A stretch of 64,000 nucleotides of DNA from Candidatus Nomurabacteria bacterium (GCA_943348815.1 CALQYT010000001.1:92994-156993), one strand, 5' to 3'. Counted from the first letter of the stretch, positions 1 to 10,560 are shown. Translations and numbers: made by a program. Notes: generated by a model not told the origin, from the letters alone.

Positions 1-595
1 TCGGTTGGAAGATTTGGGATTGGCCCAGCATGTAATCCAGGGTGGGCGAAAAAAGTTTAGTGCCCAAGCACCCCAGCGTATCATTGCTTTAATAGACGAA
101 AAGAAATTGGCCGCGCAATCCATCGCCCGTGAGTTACAAAATCGCTTTGCCGGTGCCCCGGAGCAAAGTTTCGAGGTATTTCAAGGCGAAGATGCGTTTG
201 TGAGTCATGAGTTGGAGATGCTCCGACGTGTACCCGAGGGCTCGCGTATCGATGTCATTACCGGTCTAGAAGAAGATTATCTTTCTGCCATAGGTCATGA
301 GTTTGACGAGTACGAGCGGATACGTTTGGAGAGAAAGATTGAAATTCGTACGGTGTTTGTTTCAACCGGAGTGCAGAAGCAGAAACTTGAAAAGATGCTT
401 AAAGAAAGAAAACTTTGGAGTTATAAAATTTTTCCTGGCGCTGGCACTGGTGTTGTTGATATGGGTATTTGGCACGACTCAATTGTTTACAATATTTTTG
501 GCACCCCGCTTATTTGCTTTGCTCTTACCAACAAAAAAGTCGCGGATGGCTACCGCGACTTTTTCGAGGCTCTCTGGAGCGCATCGAGCAAATAA
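1..595 (+). CDS. TrmB-like winged-helix transcriptional regulator, 5'-truncated by window edge
   Basis: ORF runs off the window start. C-terminal region is a close paralog of the 1780..2544 product (shared ...FNIFG.PL.CF.LTNK..ADGYR.FFEALW... tail). Confidence 0.7.
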   Translation, partial: RLEDLGLAQHVIQGGRKKFSAQAPQRIIALIDEKKLAAQSIARELQNRFAGAPEQSFEVFQGEDAFVSHELEMLRRVPEGSRIDVITGLEEDYLSAIGHEFDEYERIRLERKIEIRTVFVSTGVQKQKLEKMLKERKLWSYKIFPGAGTGVVDMGIWHDSIVYNIFGTPLICFALTNKKVADGYRDFFEALWSASSK

Positions 596-1714
596 TTAAC
601 GAACGATAGATTCGATAACCCAGCTGCCACTTTCTACGTCACCGTCGTTATTGAATTGATACACGCCGCCGTAGCCTTGGTAATTTATTTTTCTTAACTG
701 TGCAGCTATGGCGTCACCGTCGCGGCTTGGGCTATTTTGGATGGCCTGTGCGAGGAGCATCAGCCCATCGTACGCGCGATCTGCGTAGGGGCCGGGTGCT
801 TCGCCATACTTTGTTTTAAACTTTGCTACAAAATCAGGCGAGACGGGGATAGAAACAAAGTACATATCTTTCAGTTCTTCTTTTGATACTGCATTGCGTG
901 AGAGCAAAGAATCGTACACGGTTGAGGCAACTACGACCGGTACCAAAAATTTTAATTCATTACGTTTTTTAGCCAAGGCAACCGCATCCGGATCAAATCC
1001 ACTCCAAAATAATATATCGGCGTTCACGTTTTTTGCTTTCAGCAATGCGGTGGCCATAAGATTTGCTGCATCGGGAGTACCGGACTGGAATGATTCGTCT
1101 AACACCACCGTGGCGCCTGCGTCTTTTGCAGCGGCGCGCATCGCTTTAGCGTTGGTGTCTCCCCAACCGCCCTTGAGTACAACAATAGCGATGCGTTTTT
1201 TATTGTTTTTTTGTAGCCACTCAGCAAGAGGTTGTTCCGAGAGTGCTACGCGCGGTGCGCCGCGGAAGGTGTACGGACTTTTAAAATTTGTATACTCGGA
1301 CGTATCGGCGGGTGCATAGCTCACTGTTTTGGCAGCAGCAATAACCGGGTCAGCCGCATCTTCTAAAAACTCCCATGCCGGCCCCACAATAGCGTTGGGG
1401 CCGTAACTCGTGAGTAGATACTGTGCTGCAGAAACCGATTGTTTAGGATCCGTCTTGTCGTCTTGATAATTGATGTCCACGACAACTCCCTTGGCAGCAA
1501 GATCTGCCTGCGCAAGGTCGAGGCCACGCTTCATATTTAAGGAGTCAGTAGCGGCAGGGCCCGTAAGACCGAGGATTGCGCCTATTTTTATAGATTCGGT
1601 TTTGTGCTGATTAGCCGACCACCCAAAAAAGCCGATCAAAACTACTAATACTAGAGCCCCTAAAGCGGTATATATCTTGTTCATGCCCAAAAAGTGTAGT
1701 GCAGTATGGATCAT
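596..1714 (-). CDS. LivK/type I PBP family substrate-binding protein with N-terminal TM anchor (likely true start MNKIYT near 1684)
   Basis: N-terminal hydrophobic helix, then IKIGAILGLTG; LivJ/LivK-like core. Close paralog of 31306..32400. Confidence 0.8.
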   Translation of the reverse strand: MIHTALHFLGMNKIYTALGALVLVVLIGFFGWSANQHKTESIKIGAILGLTGPAATDSLNMKRGLDLAQADLAAKGVVVDINYQDDKTDPKQSVSAAQYLLTSYGPNAIVGPAWEFLEDAADPVIAAAKTVSYAPADTSEYTNFKSPYTFRGAPRVALSEQPLAEWLQKNNKKRIAIVVLKGGWGDTNAKAMRAAAKDAGATVVLDESFQSGTPDAANLMATALLKAKNVNADILFWSGFDPDAVALAKKRNELKFLVPVVVASTVYDSLLSRNAVSKEELKDMYFVSIPVSPDFVAKFKTKYGEAPGPYADRAYDGLMLLAQAIQNSPSRDGDAIAAQLRKINYQGYGGVYQFNNDGDVESGSWVIESIVR

Positions 1715-1779
1715 TGGTCAATGATTCTTGACTACTAAATTATTGACCATATAGTATTGTTAAATAAAGCTAAAAAACT

Positions 1780-2544
1780 ATGCAGTCAAAAATAATTGAC
1801 CAAAATAAAAAAGCCCTTGAGTCGCTGCAGCAGTTGGGTCTTTCAGAAAAAGAAGCCCTGGTGTACTTTGCCCTACTCTCCCGCAAGGATGTAGGCTCTT
1901 CAAAGCTCGTGTTAGCCACCGGGTTGCACAAACAATTTGTCTACAATGCCCTCGCTCGGCTCGAAGAATTAGGTTTGGTAAAGCATATTTTGCAAAACGG
2001 CCGCAAAAAATTTAGTGCGAGCGCGCCAGGACGTATCCTTTCGCTTGCTGAGGAGAAGAAACTTATTGCACAAAACCTCGTACGTCAATTACAAGATCAA
2101 TATGTACAAACGGTCGAACAAAGCTTTGAGGTATACCAAGGCGCGGATGCGCTTGTGTCGCATGAGCTAGAAATGTTTCGCACTGCACCAATAGGTACCC
2201 GTATCGACGTGATCAACGCATTGCGCGGGCATTACTTTTCGTTGATTGGAGAAGAAAATGAGGAATACGAGCGAATCCGTGCCGAACGAAAGATATCTGT
2301 GCGATACATTGGTCCTGAGTCGGGTCGTGATGAATTTAAAAAGATGGAGAAAAACCGGGTGCTGTGGGAGTATCGCGCCTTCCCCGGTCTCTCGACTGGT
2401 TTAGTTGATATGGCTATTTGGCCAGAGAGTATTGTGTTTAATATTTTTGGCAAACCATTGCTCTGCTTTACTCTCACCAACAAAGAAATCGCGGATGGCT
2501 ACCGCGAGTTCTTTGAAGCACTTTGGAAAGTGTCGAGCAAGTAA
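1780..2544 (+). CDS. TrmB-like winged-helix transcriptional regulator
   Basis: N-terminal LGLSEKEALVYFALL...KLVLATGLHKQFVYNALARLEELGLV is a typical TrmB wHTH. About 170-aa C-terminal domain shared by the paralogs. Confidence 0.8.
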   Translation: MQSKIIDQNKKALESLQQLGLSEKEALVYFALLSRKDVGSSKLVLATGLHKQFVYNALARLEELGLVKHILQNGRKKFSASAPGRILSLAEEKKLIAQNLVRQLQDQYVQTVEQSFEVYQGADALVSHELEMFRTAPIGTRIDVINALRGHYFSLIGEENEEYERIRAERKISVRYIGPESGRDEFKKMEKNRVLWEYRAFPGLSTGLVDMAIWPESIVFNIFGKPLLCFTLTNKEIADGYREFFEALWKVSSK

Positions 2545-3651
2545 TTACTCCGCTTTTACGAATTGCCCTCCTTTGATAGTTTTTAAGACAAGATTTTTAA
2601 GAACGTCGCCGTGGTCGTCGAAAGAGATTACCCCTTCAGCACCTTGGTAATTTTTGAGGTTGTAAAAGTAATTTTTAATACACTCTGTGTTTACCCCGCA
2701 TTTAGTAAGTCCTGCCGCATATAGATTAAACGCGTCGTATCCCATAACTGCAAAGAGTCCTGGCGATCGATGATTAGCGTCCTTGAATGCTTGGGTAAAG
2801 CTCTTTGTCGCGTCGGTTGGAGAGACGTCATTAAATTCGTCAAGGAATATCAGACCCTCGGCGGCACTTCCACCAAGGTTAATCGTTTCGTCACCTATAC
2901 CACCTCTATACGCCGCAAGCTTTGCGCTAACACCCAGCTCTCTTGCCTGTTTTGCTATGAGCCCAGCTTGGCCCGGATATCCAGTCATCATAATGTAGTC
3001 CGGAGCAACGCTCTTTATCTTAGAGAGATACGTCCTAAAATCATTGTCGGTCTGCTTAAATGCATCTGCGGTAACTATCTGTCCGCCTAATTTCTCGAAC
3101 TGAGCACGGAAGTTGACGGCGATGCCTGTTCCCCAATTATCATTTACATGAAGGAGACTAATTTTCCGTGCACCGAAGTCCTTGTAGAGTTTGTCTGCAA
3201 GAGCTTTACTGTCGACTGAAGAATCGAGTTTAAGCCGAAACACATAGTCTCCAGCATCGCGCACCTCCGACTGTGCTGACCCAGTTGACATGACAAGGAC
3301 TTTTGCTGGTTCAGTGATTTTAGCGACAATCTCCGTCCAACATACATCACCGATGATAGCCTGAACGTGATCAATAGTTACCAGTTTGATGGCGGCATCG
3401 GTGGCTGCTTTTACATCACACTTAGAGTCTTCGTAGATAACTTCTATACTGTTCTTCCCATATTGTTTCTGGGCGAGCTCTACCCCAGCACGAACATCCT
3501 CACCGTATGAAGCGGAGGTCTGTGTCAAAGGTACAAGGACACCGATTTTGAGATTTCCAGAGTTTTCTGAATTAGGCTTTTGAGCAAAATACCAAATTCC
3601 ACCTACGGCAATAAGTACCACAACCAATCCAACGAACCATTTTGTGTTCAT
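2545..3651 (-). CDS. LivK-type substrate-binding protein, TM-anchored
   Basis: MNTKWFVGLVVVLIAVGGIWYF TM helix; LKIGVLVPLT, AIIGDVCW, type I PBP pattern. Stop abuts the regulator stop at 2544/2545. Confidence 0.8.
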   Translation of the reverse strand: MNTKWFVGLVVVLIAVGGIWYFAQKPNSENSGNLKIGVLVPLTQTSASYGEDVRAGVELAQKQYGKNSIEVIYEDSKCDVKAATDAAIKLVTIDHVQAIIGDVCWTEIVAKITEPAKVLVMSTGSAQSEVRDAGDYVFRLKLDSSVDSKALADKLYKDFGARKISLLHVNDNWGTGIAVNFRAQFEKLGGQIVTADAFKQTDNDFRTYLSKIKSVAPDYIMMTGYPGQAGLIAKQARELGVSAKLAAYRGGIGDETINLGGSAAEGLIFLDEFNDVSPTDATKSFTQAFKDANHRSPGLFAVMGYDAFNLYAAGLTKCGVNTECIKNYFYNLKNYQGAEGVISFDDHGDVLKNLVLKTIKGGQFVKAE

Positions 3652-3652
3652 A

Positions 3653-4759
3653 TTATTCTGCTTTTACGTACTGACCGTTTTTGACTTGCATGATTATGAC
3701 CTCGCCCATAGCGCGATCGCGCTTGTCGTTGATGGTTATAGTGCCTGAAGCCCCTTGGTAGTCTTTTACTTTCAATAATTCTGCCGAAACTTTTGTGATG
3801 TCGGTCGAGCCCGCGCGCTCGATCGCTTGTGCAAGCAACATCACGCCGTCGTAGGTGGTGTTGGCCGAGGTGCCAGGCTCACGGTTGTATTCTTTTTTAA
3901 ACGCATCGACAAACCCTGGTGTTGATGGCCCGTGGACCGGATATACCAAGCCCTCGAGCGCGGCTACCCCTCCTGCTTTGTTCGTAAACGTCTCGTCGGT
4001 CGCGTCGTTAAACCATGCCATCGCGACATTGAGCCCGATGCGTCGCGCCTCGCGTATGCCAAGCCCGGTGATGGTGTTGAAATAAATTACATCGGGGTTC
4101 GCCTCTTTTATTTTTGCCATCGGCGTTCGTACATCGCTAGTTTGTGCGTCCGGTATCGCTTGGTCGGCAACGAGAGTGAGCCCAAGACGCGCTGCGTCTT
4201 GTTTAAATCGTGCGTACAAGTCGTCTTCGTAAAAGCCCGGGTTATGGAATATGGCTACGCGTTTATAGCCTTTGTCGTGGATATACTCTGCAATAGCCGT
4301 GGCTTGCCCGGCGTCGGCAGGCCAGACGCGGAAGAGGTTAGGGCTCCCATCGGTAACGTTGTTTGAGCCGGCTGAGATAGTAATGCCGAGTACGTTGTTA
4401 GGGACAAGTAATGGAGCGACGGCAAGAGTTTGATCGGTCCAACCGGTGAGCAAGAATTTTGCACCACCCGCAATCAAATTTTGCGCGGCGCTCACCGCAT
4501 CTTTGGCAGTCGACTGATTGTCTTGAATATTTAACTGTAGCGGCCGGCCCAATACTCCGCCTTTTGCATTAATTTCTTTAACCGCAAGCATAGCGGCGTC
4601 GCGGTCGTTCTCTCCCCACCCGGCTCCAAAGCTCGAAAGAGAGAAGTCAGCTCCAATTTTAATAGGCTCGCCACTGGCGACCTTTGGCCGCGCGGCAAAA
4701 TACCAAATTCCTCCCAACACCACAATAATGACTGCCGCAATAAGCCACTTGTTATTCAT
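3653..4759 (-). CDS. LivK-type substrate-binding protein, TM-anchored
   Basis: MNNKWLIAAVIIVVLGGIWYF; IKIGADFSLS..; 1-nt spacing to the upstream paralog, so likely a same-strand operon. Confidence 0.8.
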   Translation of the reverse strand: MNNKWLIAAVIIVVLGGIWYFAARPKVASGEPIKIGADFSLSSFGAGWGENDRDAAMLAVKEINAKGGVLGRPLQLNIQDNQSTAKDAVSAAQNLIAGGAKFLLTGWTDQTLAVAPLLVPNNVLGITISAGSNNVTDGSPNLFRVWPADAGQATAIAEYIHDKGYKRVAIFHNPGFYEDDLYARFKQDAARLGLTLVADQAIPDAQTSDVRTPMAKIKEANPDVIYFNTITGLGIREARRIGLNVAMAWFNDATDETFTNKAGGVAALEGLVYPVHGPSTPGFVDAFKKEYNREPGTSANTTYDGVMLLAQAIERAGSTDITKVSAELLKVKDYQGASGTITINDKRDRAMGEVIIMQVKNGQYVKAE

Positions 4760-4790
4760 GGCTCTACCCTAACACAGCAACAAAAACGCG

Positions 4791-5807
4791 CTACTGCAAT
4801 TTTATTGCCGAACCACTCTCAATTTTTTTGAGGATGATCTCACTTTTATACACGCCCTCGACAAATTTATTTGAGGATTCGAGTTTTTGTTTTACGCAGG
4901 CAACATCGTTTTTGCACTCCACTGCAAGCGGAGCCAAAGTTTCGGCGGCGAGTTTGGCGAGACCGTACACGGCGCCTTCGGAGCCTTTGATATTAGCGGG
5001 GAATGAGTACGTGACGCCCTCAACCAACGGACGCACTCCCGGAAGTTCTGCAACATAGGTGCTCCACACGGGCGTAGTCATTTTGAGTTGCTGCATTTTA
5101 GCAGTTGCTCCGGCAAAAAAGAAAGAGATATCTGGCGCATAGATGGCATCGACGCCCGCTGCTTTAATTTTGGTAAGCACAGGCAAGAGGTCGGTGTTGC
5201 CGTCGAGAATGCGCGTGTCTACAACAATCATGCCTGCAAAGTTAGCGCGGAAGCTTTTGGCATGCGTGTCAGAAAAGGAGTTGGCATAGGTTACGAGCGC
5301 AACTTTTTTGTAGCCTTTGGCATACATTTGAGCAGCCACAAACTTTGACTCATCCTCGAGTGAGTACTGGATATTAAAGAAGTAGCCGCCACTCTTTGCA
5401 TACAAATCTTTAGAGGCGGCCGAGGGCACCACTGCTACCACACCGGCACTCTGCAACAGCGGCACCACAGCCTCTTGGGGGCTGCCGCATCCGGGGCCAA
5501 TAATAAATTTTACGCCGTCGACGCTCGTGAGTTTTTGAAATGCCGATATCGCGGTTTTGGCATCGCACTTTTCGTCCTCAAAAATAAATTCGACATTCGA
5601 GCTGCCGGCGGCGGCAAAGATACCTTTGCGCACCTCCTCTCCATATTGGGCAAAGGCGTCGGTGAGCGGCACGATGACCCCAATCTTGATAGGCGTGTTA
5701 GGTGCGGGCGCCGGTTGGTGGGCCCAGACGTAGATACCCAGCCCCACAACGATGGCCGCCCCTAGTGCTATTAGTGTTTGCTTCATGCCCCGACAGAGTA
5801 CGCTCAT
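4791..5807 (-). CDS. LivK-type substrate-binding protein, TM-anchored (start probably MKQTL)
   Basis: TM helix then IKIGVIVPLTDAFAQYGEEV; FIIGPGCGS motif. Confidence 0.75.
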   Translation of the reverse strand: MSVLCRGMKQTLIALGAAIVVGLGIYVWAHQPAPAPNTPIKIGVIVPLTDAFAQYGEEVRKGIFAAAGSSNVEFIFEDEKCDAKTAISAFQKLTSVDGVKFIIGPGCGSPQEAVVPLLQSAGVVAVVPSAASKDLYAKSGGYFFNIQYSLEDESKFVAAQMYAKGYKKVALVTYANSFSDTHAKSFRANFAGMIVVDTRILDGNTDLLPVLTKIKAAGVDAIYAPDISFFFAGATAKMQQLKMTTPVWSTYVAELPGVRPLVEGVTYSFPANIKGSEGAVYGLAKLAAETLAPLAVECKNDVACVKQKLESSNKFVEGVYKSEIILKKIESGSAIKLQ

Positions 5808-5913
5808 CCTTAGTAAGCAGCAAAAAGGGCCTTTTTTAGGTTCTTCAGATTACATTTTAGCTTGTAAACGCTTGTTAAAAACGCTATTCTGAATTATCAT
5901 AAAATCCGATAAT

Positions 5914-6723
5914 ATGGCTCTCTCTGGCAAGCTACAAAATCTCCTACAATTAGCACCGCATGAGGCGCGGGTGCTTGATGTGCTGACACCCAAGCCGCAG
6001 CGACCGAGCGAGGTCGTGCGTGCGGCGGGTGTGCCTAATGCTAGCGCCTACTTAGCATTTGATTTGCTTTGCAAACGCGGACTCGCCGAAAAGAAAAAAA
6101 TAAAAAATAAAACTGTTTGGTTGCGCGCCGCTCCCCTACCGATTGCCGAGGTGCTTGGGGGCGCCATCAACGAGCTTGAGCATTTAAAAAATTCTTCGGT
6201 GTTTGAGATTAAACACAAAGATGATACGAGCGTTACCATACACCGTGGAGGCGATGCGCTCCAGAAATTAATTTTTAGAGCTGTCGATTTAAATCCACAC
6301 GAGCGGTTTCATATTTTGCAGGGAGCTAATATGGACGATAGTTGGATGGAGATGGTTGGCTATCAAAACGTACTTATCATCAACCGCATGCTCAAGGCCA
6401 AAGAGATTATTGGCGAATCGTTTATCCCTGAAAATTATTTTAAAAATCTTCTGCCCTTTTGGGGGCGCGAGTGGGCCGAAAGTTATGTTGATAGGTTAAA
6501 TGTGGTGTACCTTATTCCGCCCGAATTTATGCCCTCGCATGCAGAAATAATTTTATTCCGCGATCGGGTACTCGTGCTGCATTTTAAAGAAGAAATCGCG
6601 GTGGAGATGAAGGATGCCGAAATGCTCTTGATGTTTAAAATGTTGTTTGAATATTTAAAAACTTTTGCGCGCAAGGTCGACCCCAAAGAGTTTTTGGCTG
6701 CTCACTTGCAGCAAACCAACTAG
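5914..6723 (+). CDS. divergent wHTH regulator, distant TrmB-like paralog
   Basis: N-terminal HTH-like segment (RVLDVL...PSEVVRAAGVPNASAYLAFDLLCKRGLA). C-terminal tail pattern LLMFKMLFEYL resembles the paralog tails. Overlaps the livG 3' end by 4 nt. Confidence 0.55.
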   Translation: MALSGKLQNLLQLAPHEARVLDVLTPKPQRPSEVVRAAGVPNASAYLAFDLLCKRGLAEKKKIKNKTVWLRAAPLPIAEVLGGAINELEHLKNSSVFEIKHKDDTSVTIHRGGDALQKLIFRAVDLNPHERFHILQGANMDDSWMEMVGYQNVLIINRMLKAKEIIGESFIPENYFKNLLPFWGREWAESYVDRLNVVYLIPPEFMPSHAEIILFRDRVLVLHFKEEIAVEMKDAEMLLMFKMLFEYLKTFARKVDPKEFLAAHLQQTN

Positions 6724-7454
6724 CGACCGAGATAAGCTTCGATTACTTTAGAATCTCGTAAAACCTCTTCGGGTGTGCCGTGGGCCAAGACTTTGCCGGA
6801 GTCTAAAACGTAGCAAGTGTCGGCCAACTCGCGCACCAAGGTCATATCGTGCTCGACTAAAATAACGGCAGCCCCCTTGTTTTTTAGCTCGTGCAAAATT
6901 TCTGAAACTATCTTGCGCATTTCGGTAAACAGGCCCGCAAAGGGCTCGTCAAAAAAGTAGATATTCGATTTCATGGCTATAGCACGGGCTATTTCAAGCA
7001 ATTTGCGTTGGCCGTAGGACAAGTTTTCGGCATGAGCCTCGCGCTTTTCCCACAAACCAACTTTCTTTAAAATATCCTCGGCTTGGTCGAGGTGAAATTT
7101 TCCATGCCTCTCAAACAACGCGCCCCACACGTTACGCTCAGTGAGTACAACTAAAATATTCTCTAACACTGAGAGCTGCCCTATTAGTCTTACATTCTGG
7201 AATGTCCGGGTAATTCCATAGCTTGCTATTTGTGAACGTTTGATATTTGTAAGTTTGACGGAGTCACTTATGACGACGGCTCCACCATCCATTGGCAGCA
7301 TGCCGGTGACGGTATTGATGAAAGTAGTTTTGCCCGATCCGTTTGGTCCAATGAGTGCCGTAATTTTTCCTGCATCAAACTCAACATCAACGTGGTCAAC
7401 AGCATGCACCCCGCCGAATCGTTTGACTAGCTGTTTGGTTGCAAGCGCGCTCAT
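6720..7454 (-). CDS. livG: branched-chain amino acid ABC transporter ATP-binding protein (LivG/LivF type)
   Basis: Walker A GPNGSGKTT, signature LSYGQRKLLEIARA, Walker B IYFFDEP. The only ABC ATPase of this type in the window. Confidence 0.8.
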   Translation of the reverse strand: MSALATKQLVKRFGGVHAVDHVDVEFDAGKITALIGPNGSGKTTFINTVTGMLPMDGGAVVISDSVKLTNIKRSQIASYGITRTFQNVRLIGQLSVLENILVVLTERNVWGALFERHGKFHLDQAEDILKKVGLWEKREAHAENLSYGQRKLLEIARAIAMKSNIYFFDEPFAGLFTEMRKIVSEILHELKNKGAAVILVEHDMTLVRELADTCYVLDSGKVLAHGTPEEVLRDSKVIEAYLGR

Positions 7455-7489
7455 GGGTTTAGTATACCAACCCTAATGAAACAGTCTTG

Positions 7490-8626
7490 CTATTGAATAT
7501 CAGTTGGTTTGCCGTCTTTGATTACTCGGACGGTGAAACCAAGATCCGAGTTGCCCTGCGCATCGAGAGAGTAGGTGCCCATGAGCCCTTTGAAGTCTTT
7601 AACGTTCGAGCTTAACCACTGCTGTACCTTTGTGCTGTCATCTCCGACGGCGCGCAGAGCGTTGGTGAGCATCATAATGCCGTCGTAGGTTGATGCTGCG
7701 TGAAACGGCACTACCGAGTCGGTGTTGTAAGTAGTTTTGTAACGCTCGAAGAATGTTTTGGTTGTGGGGTTGTTGAGATCGTACTTAGGATCGGCAAAGT
7801 AAATTCCGTCGAGCGATCCGAGAATTTCTTTGACGCTCCCATTGGTCGCGAGGGTAAAGTCAGTAAAGATCGGCGGCGTGTAGCTTGCCTCGCGTGCTTG
7901 CTTGATAAACTGTGCTGCATCGGTCCCAAGCTGTGACAACACAAGGAGTGCTTGTGGTTGTTTGGAACGAATCTTTGCTATCGTGGTGCGATAATCTTTG
8001 GTACCAGGTTGGAATTCTTCAGAAGCTACAATCGTACCGCCTTGGTCTTTAATCGTTTGCTCAAAAGTTTTCTGGATATCCAACGTGTATTCAGTCACTG
8101 CGGTGATCGTGGCAACTTTTTTGTAGCCCATCTTCAACATTGCGTTAGCTAGGTCGCGCCCAGCCAGGATGTCAGAGTTAGCAATGCGGAAGATATAATC
8201 ACCCGCCTCGTCCACATTTTTGCCGCCGGTGACCGGCGTGAGATATACCGCGTGTTGTGCGTTAGCAAGCGGGGCGGCTGCGAGAGTCCCGTTACTACAG
8301 GTGCCACCAATAATATATTTGATACCGTCTGCTTGGATAAGTTTTTGAGCAGCGTTAAGCCCACCCTTACTGTCGCAACCAGCATCTTGCACCTCAAGAG
8401 TGAGCGGACGGCCATTGATACCGCCGTTTTTATTTACGTCTTCAACAGCGAGTTTAGCCGCATTAACCATGTTCTCTCCTGCTGCCGCAAAATCACCAGT
8501 CAAAATAGTTGAGACGCCAATCGTAATTGGTTCACCACTCGCCTGCTTTGGTTTACTAAAACCAATCCACACTGCAATCACTACGATTACTACAACCAAA
8601 ACCCCGATCCAAATATTTTTGCTCAT
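7490..8626 (-). CDS. LivK-type substrate-binding protein, TM-anchored
   Basis: MSKNIWIGVLVVVIVVIAVWIGF; ITIGVSTILTGDFAAAGE; GGINGRPL; YIIGGTCS. Confidence 0.8.
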   Translation of the reverse strand: MSKNIWIGVLVVVIVVIAVWIGFSKPKQASGEPITIGVSTILTGDFAAAGENMVNAAKLAVEDVNKNGGINGRPLTLEVQDAGCDSKGGLNAAQKLIQADGIKYIIGGTCSNGTLAAAPLANAQHAVYLTPVTGGKNVDEAGDYIFRIANSDILAGRDLANAMLKMGYKKVATITAVTEYTLDIQKTFEQTIKDQGGTIVASEEFQPGTKDYRTTIAKIRSKQPQALLVLSQLGTDAAQFIKQAREASYTPPIFTDFTLATNGSVKEILGSLDGIYFADPKYDLNNPTTKTFFERYKTTYNTDSVVPFHAASTYDGIMMLTNALRAVGDDSTKVQQWLSSNVKDFKGLMGTYSLDAQGNSDLGFTVRVIKDGKPTDIQ

Positions 8627-8629
8627 ATA

Positions 8630-9751
8630 TTATTTAATTTGATTAATTTCTCCGTTTTGAACTTCGAAAATATGGAGAGGGAAGGTCGCCCGATAGGTGT
8701 CATCAAAGGTTACCTGGCCCGAAACACCACCATACGATTTTAGATTTTTCATCGCGTTAAGGATCGCTGTGCGGTCGCCGTTGTTGTCGACAAACAGTTT
8801 AAGTGCCAGTGCTGTTGCGTCATAGGCCTGACCCGCCGGTAGCGTAGGTTTGTCGCCGTAGGCTGCTTGGTAGCGAGTCACAAAGTCGGTGGTGTAGAAG
8901 TTAGGTGAGATAAATTGTAGACCATCCGAAAGTCCTTTCGTTTCTTCCACCATGTGGGTATCAACTTCCTCGCTGTACATTTTGCCTTTAAATCCCAACT
9001 GCTTGGCGTTTTTTACAAAGTCGTAAAATTTATAATACGTGCCAAAAAACAGTGATTCAGGCTTGCTTGCCAAGACTTTGGTTACTGCAGAGCGTGAGTC
9101 TTTGGTATCGGGTAGCGTTACTTCGTGCGCGGTTACGGTGCCACCAAGCTCGGTAAACTTCCTGGCAAACGCATCAGAAATTTCGCTCTCCCAAGTATCT
9201 CGCGTGCTTAATATCCCCACACTCCGCACCCCTTGGTTGTACACGTACTCCGCAATCTGCTCGGTCTCGCGGGTTGGGTCGGGCCACATCACCACCGGGT
9301 TGTAATATTTGCCTCGGTCTTGCGGCCGCGTCGTGCCAATACTTACTTGCGGAACGCCGCTCTGAGCAACGAGCGGTAAAAGTGTGGTCATCTCGATTTG
9401 GATCATCGGCCCTACAACCATATCGACGTTGTCGACGTTTATGAGTTTTTGGTAACTGTCGAGTACTTGCTTTGGATCAGCGCGTGTATCTTCGTATATC
9501 ACTTGCACATTGGTACCCGTGTGAGCTTTTTTAAAATCAGCAATAGCGAGGTTGGTGGCATTGCGCGCCTGCTCGCCATAGGCGGTAAAGTCGCCACTCA
9601 ATAAATACACAGCACCAAGTTTTATAGTGCCAGCTTGGTGCTCGGACTTTTGAGAAATCACGTAGACTCCAACTATCACCGCAAGCACGAGCAGTATTAC
9701 GGTATTTGCCGTCCAAAACTTTCTAATATCGTTATCGCTCCACCGGTACAT
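8630..9751 (-). CDS. LivK-type substrate-binding protein, TM-anchored
   Basis: TM helix, IKLGAVYLLSGDFTAYGE, MVVGPM. More divergent paralog. Confidence 0.75.
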   Translation of the reverse strand: MYRWSDNDIRKFWTANTVILLVLAVIVGVYVISQKSEHQAGTIKLGAVYLLSGDFTAYGEQARNATNLAIADFKKAHTGTNVQVIYEDTRADPKQVLDSYQKLINVDNVDMVVGPMIQIEMTTLLPLVAQSGVPQVSIGTTRPQDRGKYYNPVVMWPDPTRETEQIAEYVYNQGVRSVGILSTRDTWESEISDAFARKFTELGGTVTAHEVTLPDTKDSRSAVTKVLASKPESLFFGTYYKFYDFVKNAKQLGFKGKMYSEEVDTHMVEETKGLSDGLQFISPNFYTTDFVTRYQAAYGDKPTLPAGQAYDATALALKLFVDNNGDRTAILNAMKNLKSYGGVSGQVTFDDTYRATFPLHIFEVQNGEINQIK

Positions 9752-9795
9752 GCCGCCACAATATCACAATGGCAGAAAACAAAAAGCCCCACCAA

Positions 9796-10491
9796 CTATG
9801 GCAGGACTCTTCGCACAAATTGCAGGATCCGAGGCGGGTTTGGCTCGAACATCCGGAGCCACGACCACTGGACGATGATGGCAGTGATGATTATTCCGCC
9901 ACCACTCATCGCGATCTTGAAGAACGTCTCGTTGGTTTGGAAGGCATACGCTACCCAAACTCCCGTCGAAATATAGAACGAAACGTAGAGCGAGATATCG
10001 ACGGCGCCTGTCTTTCCACTTCTACGGAGTTTTAGGAACTGCTGAATAAATGCTCCCCATAGCCCGATGGCGAAGAACATATAGACCGCACCCCAATAGG
10101 TGGCACCGGCTTCGATGACCGGCATCAATGCATACGCCGAGCCCACGATCCGCTCCCGCTCTGTAAGACCGCGAAAGCGGATGATCCCTCGCAGGATTGG
10201 GATCTGGGCTACGGCGGTGACGAAGCAATTAATAATCATCGCCATACTGTGGAGATAAAACCCGTATATTCCACAGAGCAAGAAGAACCAGAACGTGTAG
10301 AGAAACAGCTCGGTCTCTACCGACTCCGCGCTCTCCTTTTCCCAAATGGTTTTGCCTTGTTGAATGATCCCCCACGTCTCGAGCACGGTGAAGAGGAGCA
10401 TGAGCACGGCGCTCAGGGTGGAGTAATTCCACCCAAAGTTTTGGTATTCGACCGTCCATTCAAGGGCGGCCCAGAAGATGCTCTCGAGCAT
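9796..10491 (-). CDS. polytopic membrane protein of unknown function (about 6-7 predicted TM helices)
   Basis: Hydrophobic segments throughout; no recognisable family motif. Embedded in the SBP array. Confidence 0.55.
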   Translation of the reverse strand: MLESIFWAALEWTVEYQNFGWNYSTLSAVLMLLFTVLETWGIIQQGKTIWEKESAESVETELFLYTFWFFLLCGIYGFYLHSMAMIINCFVTAVAQIPILRGIIRFRGLTERERIVGSAYALMPVIEAGATYWGAVYMFFAIGLWGAFIQQFLKLRRSGKTGAVDISLYVSFYISTGVWVAYAFQTNETFFKIAMSGGGIIITAIIVQWSWLRMFEPNPPRILQFVRRVLP

Positions 10492-10560
10492 CTGAACCTC
10501 CTTGTTTGGTTACGGCCTAACTAAAGCCGCACGCAAAATAGCACTAAAATTAGGAAACGC

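Noticed and set aside
894-1319. 141-aa plus-strand ORF inside the first SBP gene
   Set aside because: It lies entirely antisense to a well-supported LivK-type gene. The translation is low-complexity and shows no motifs.
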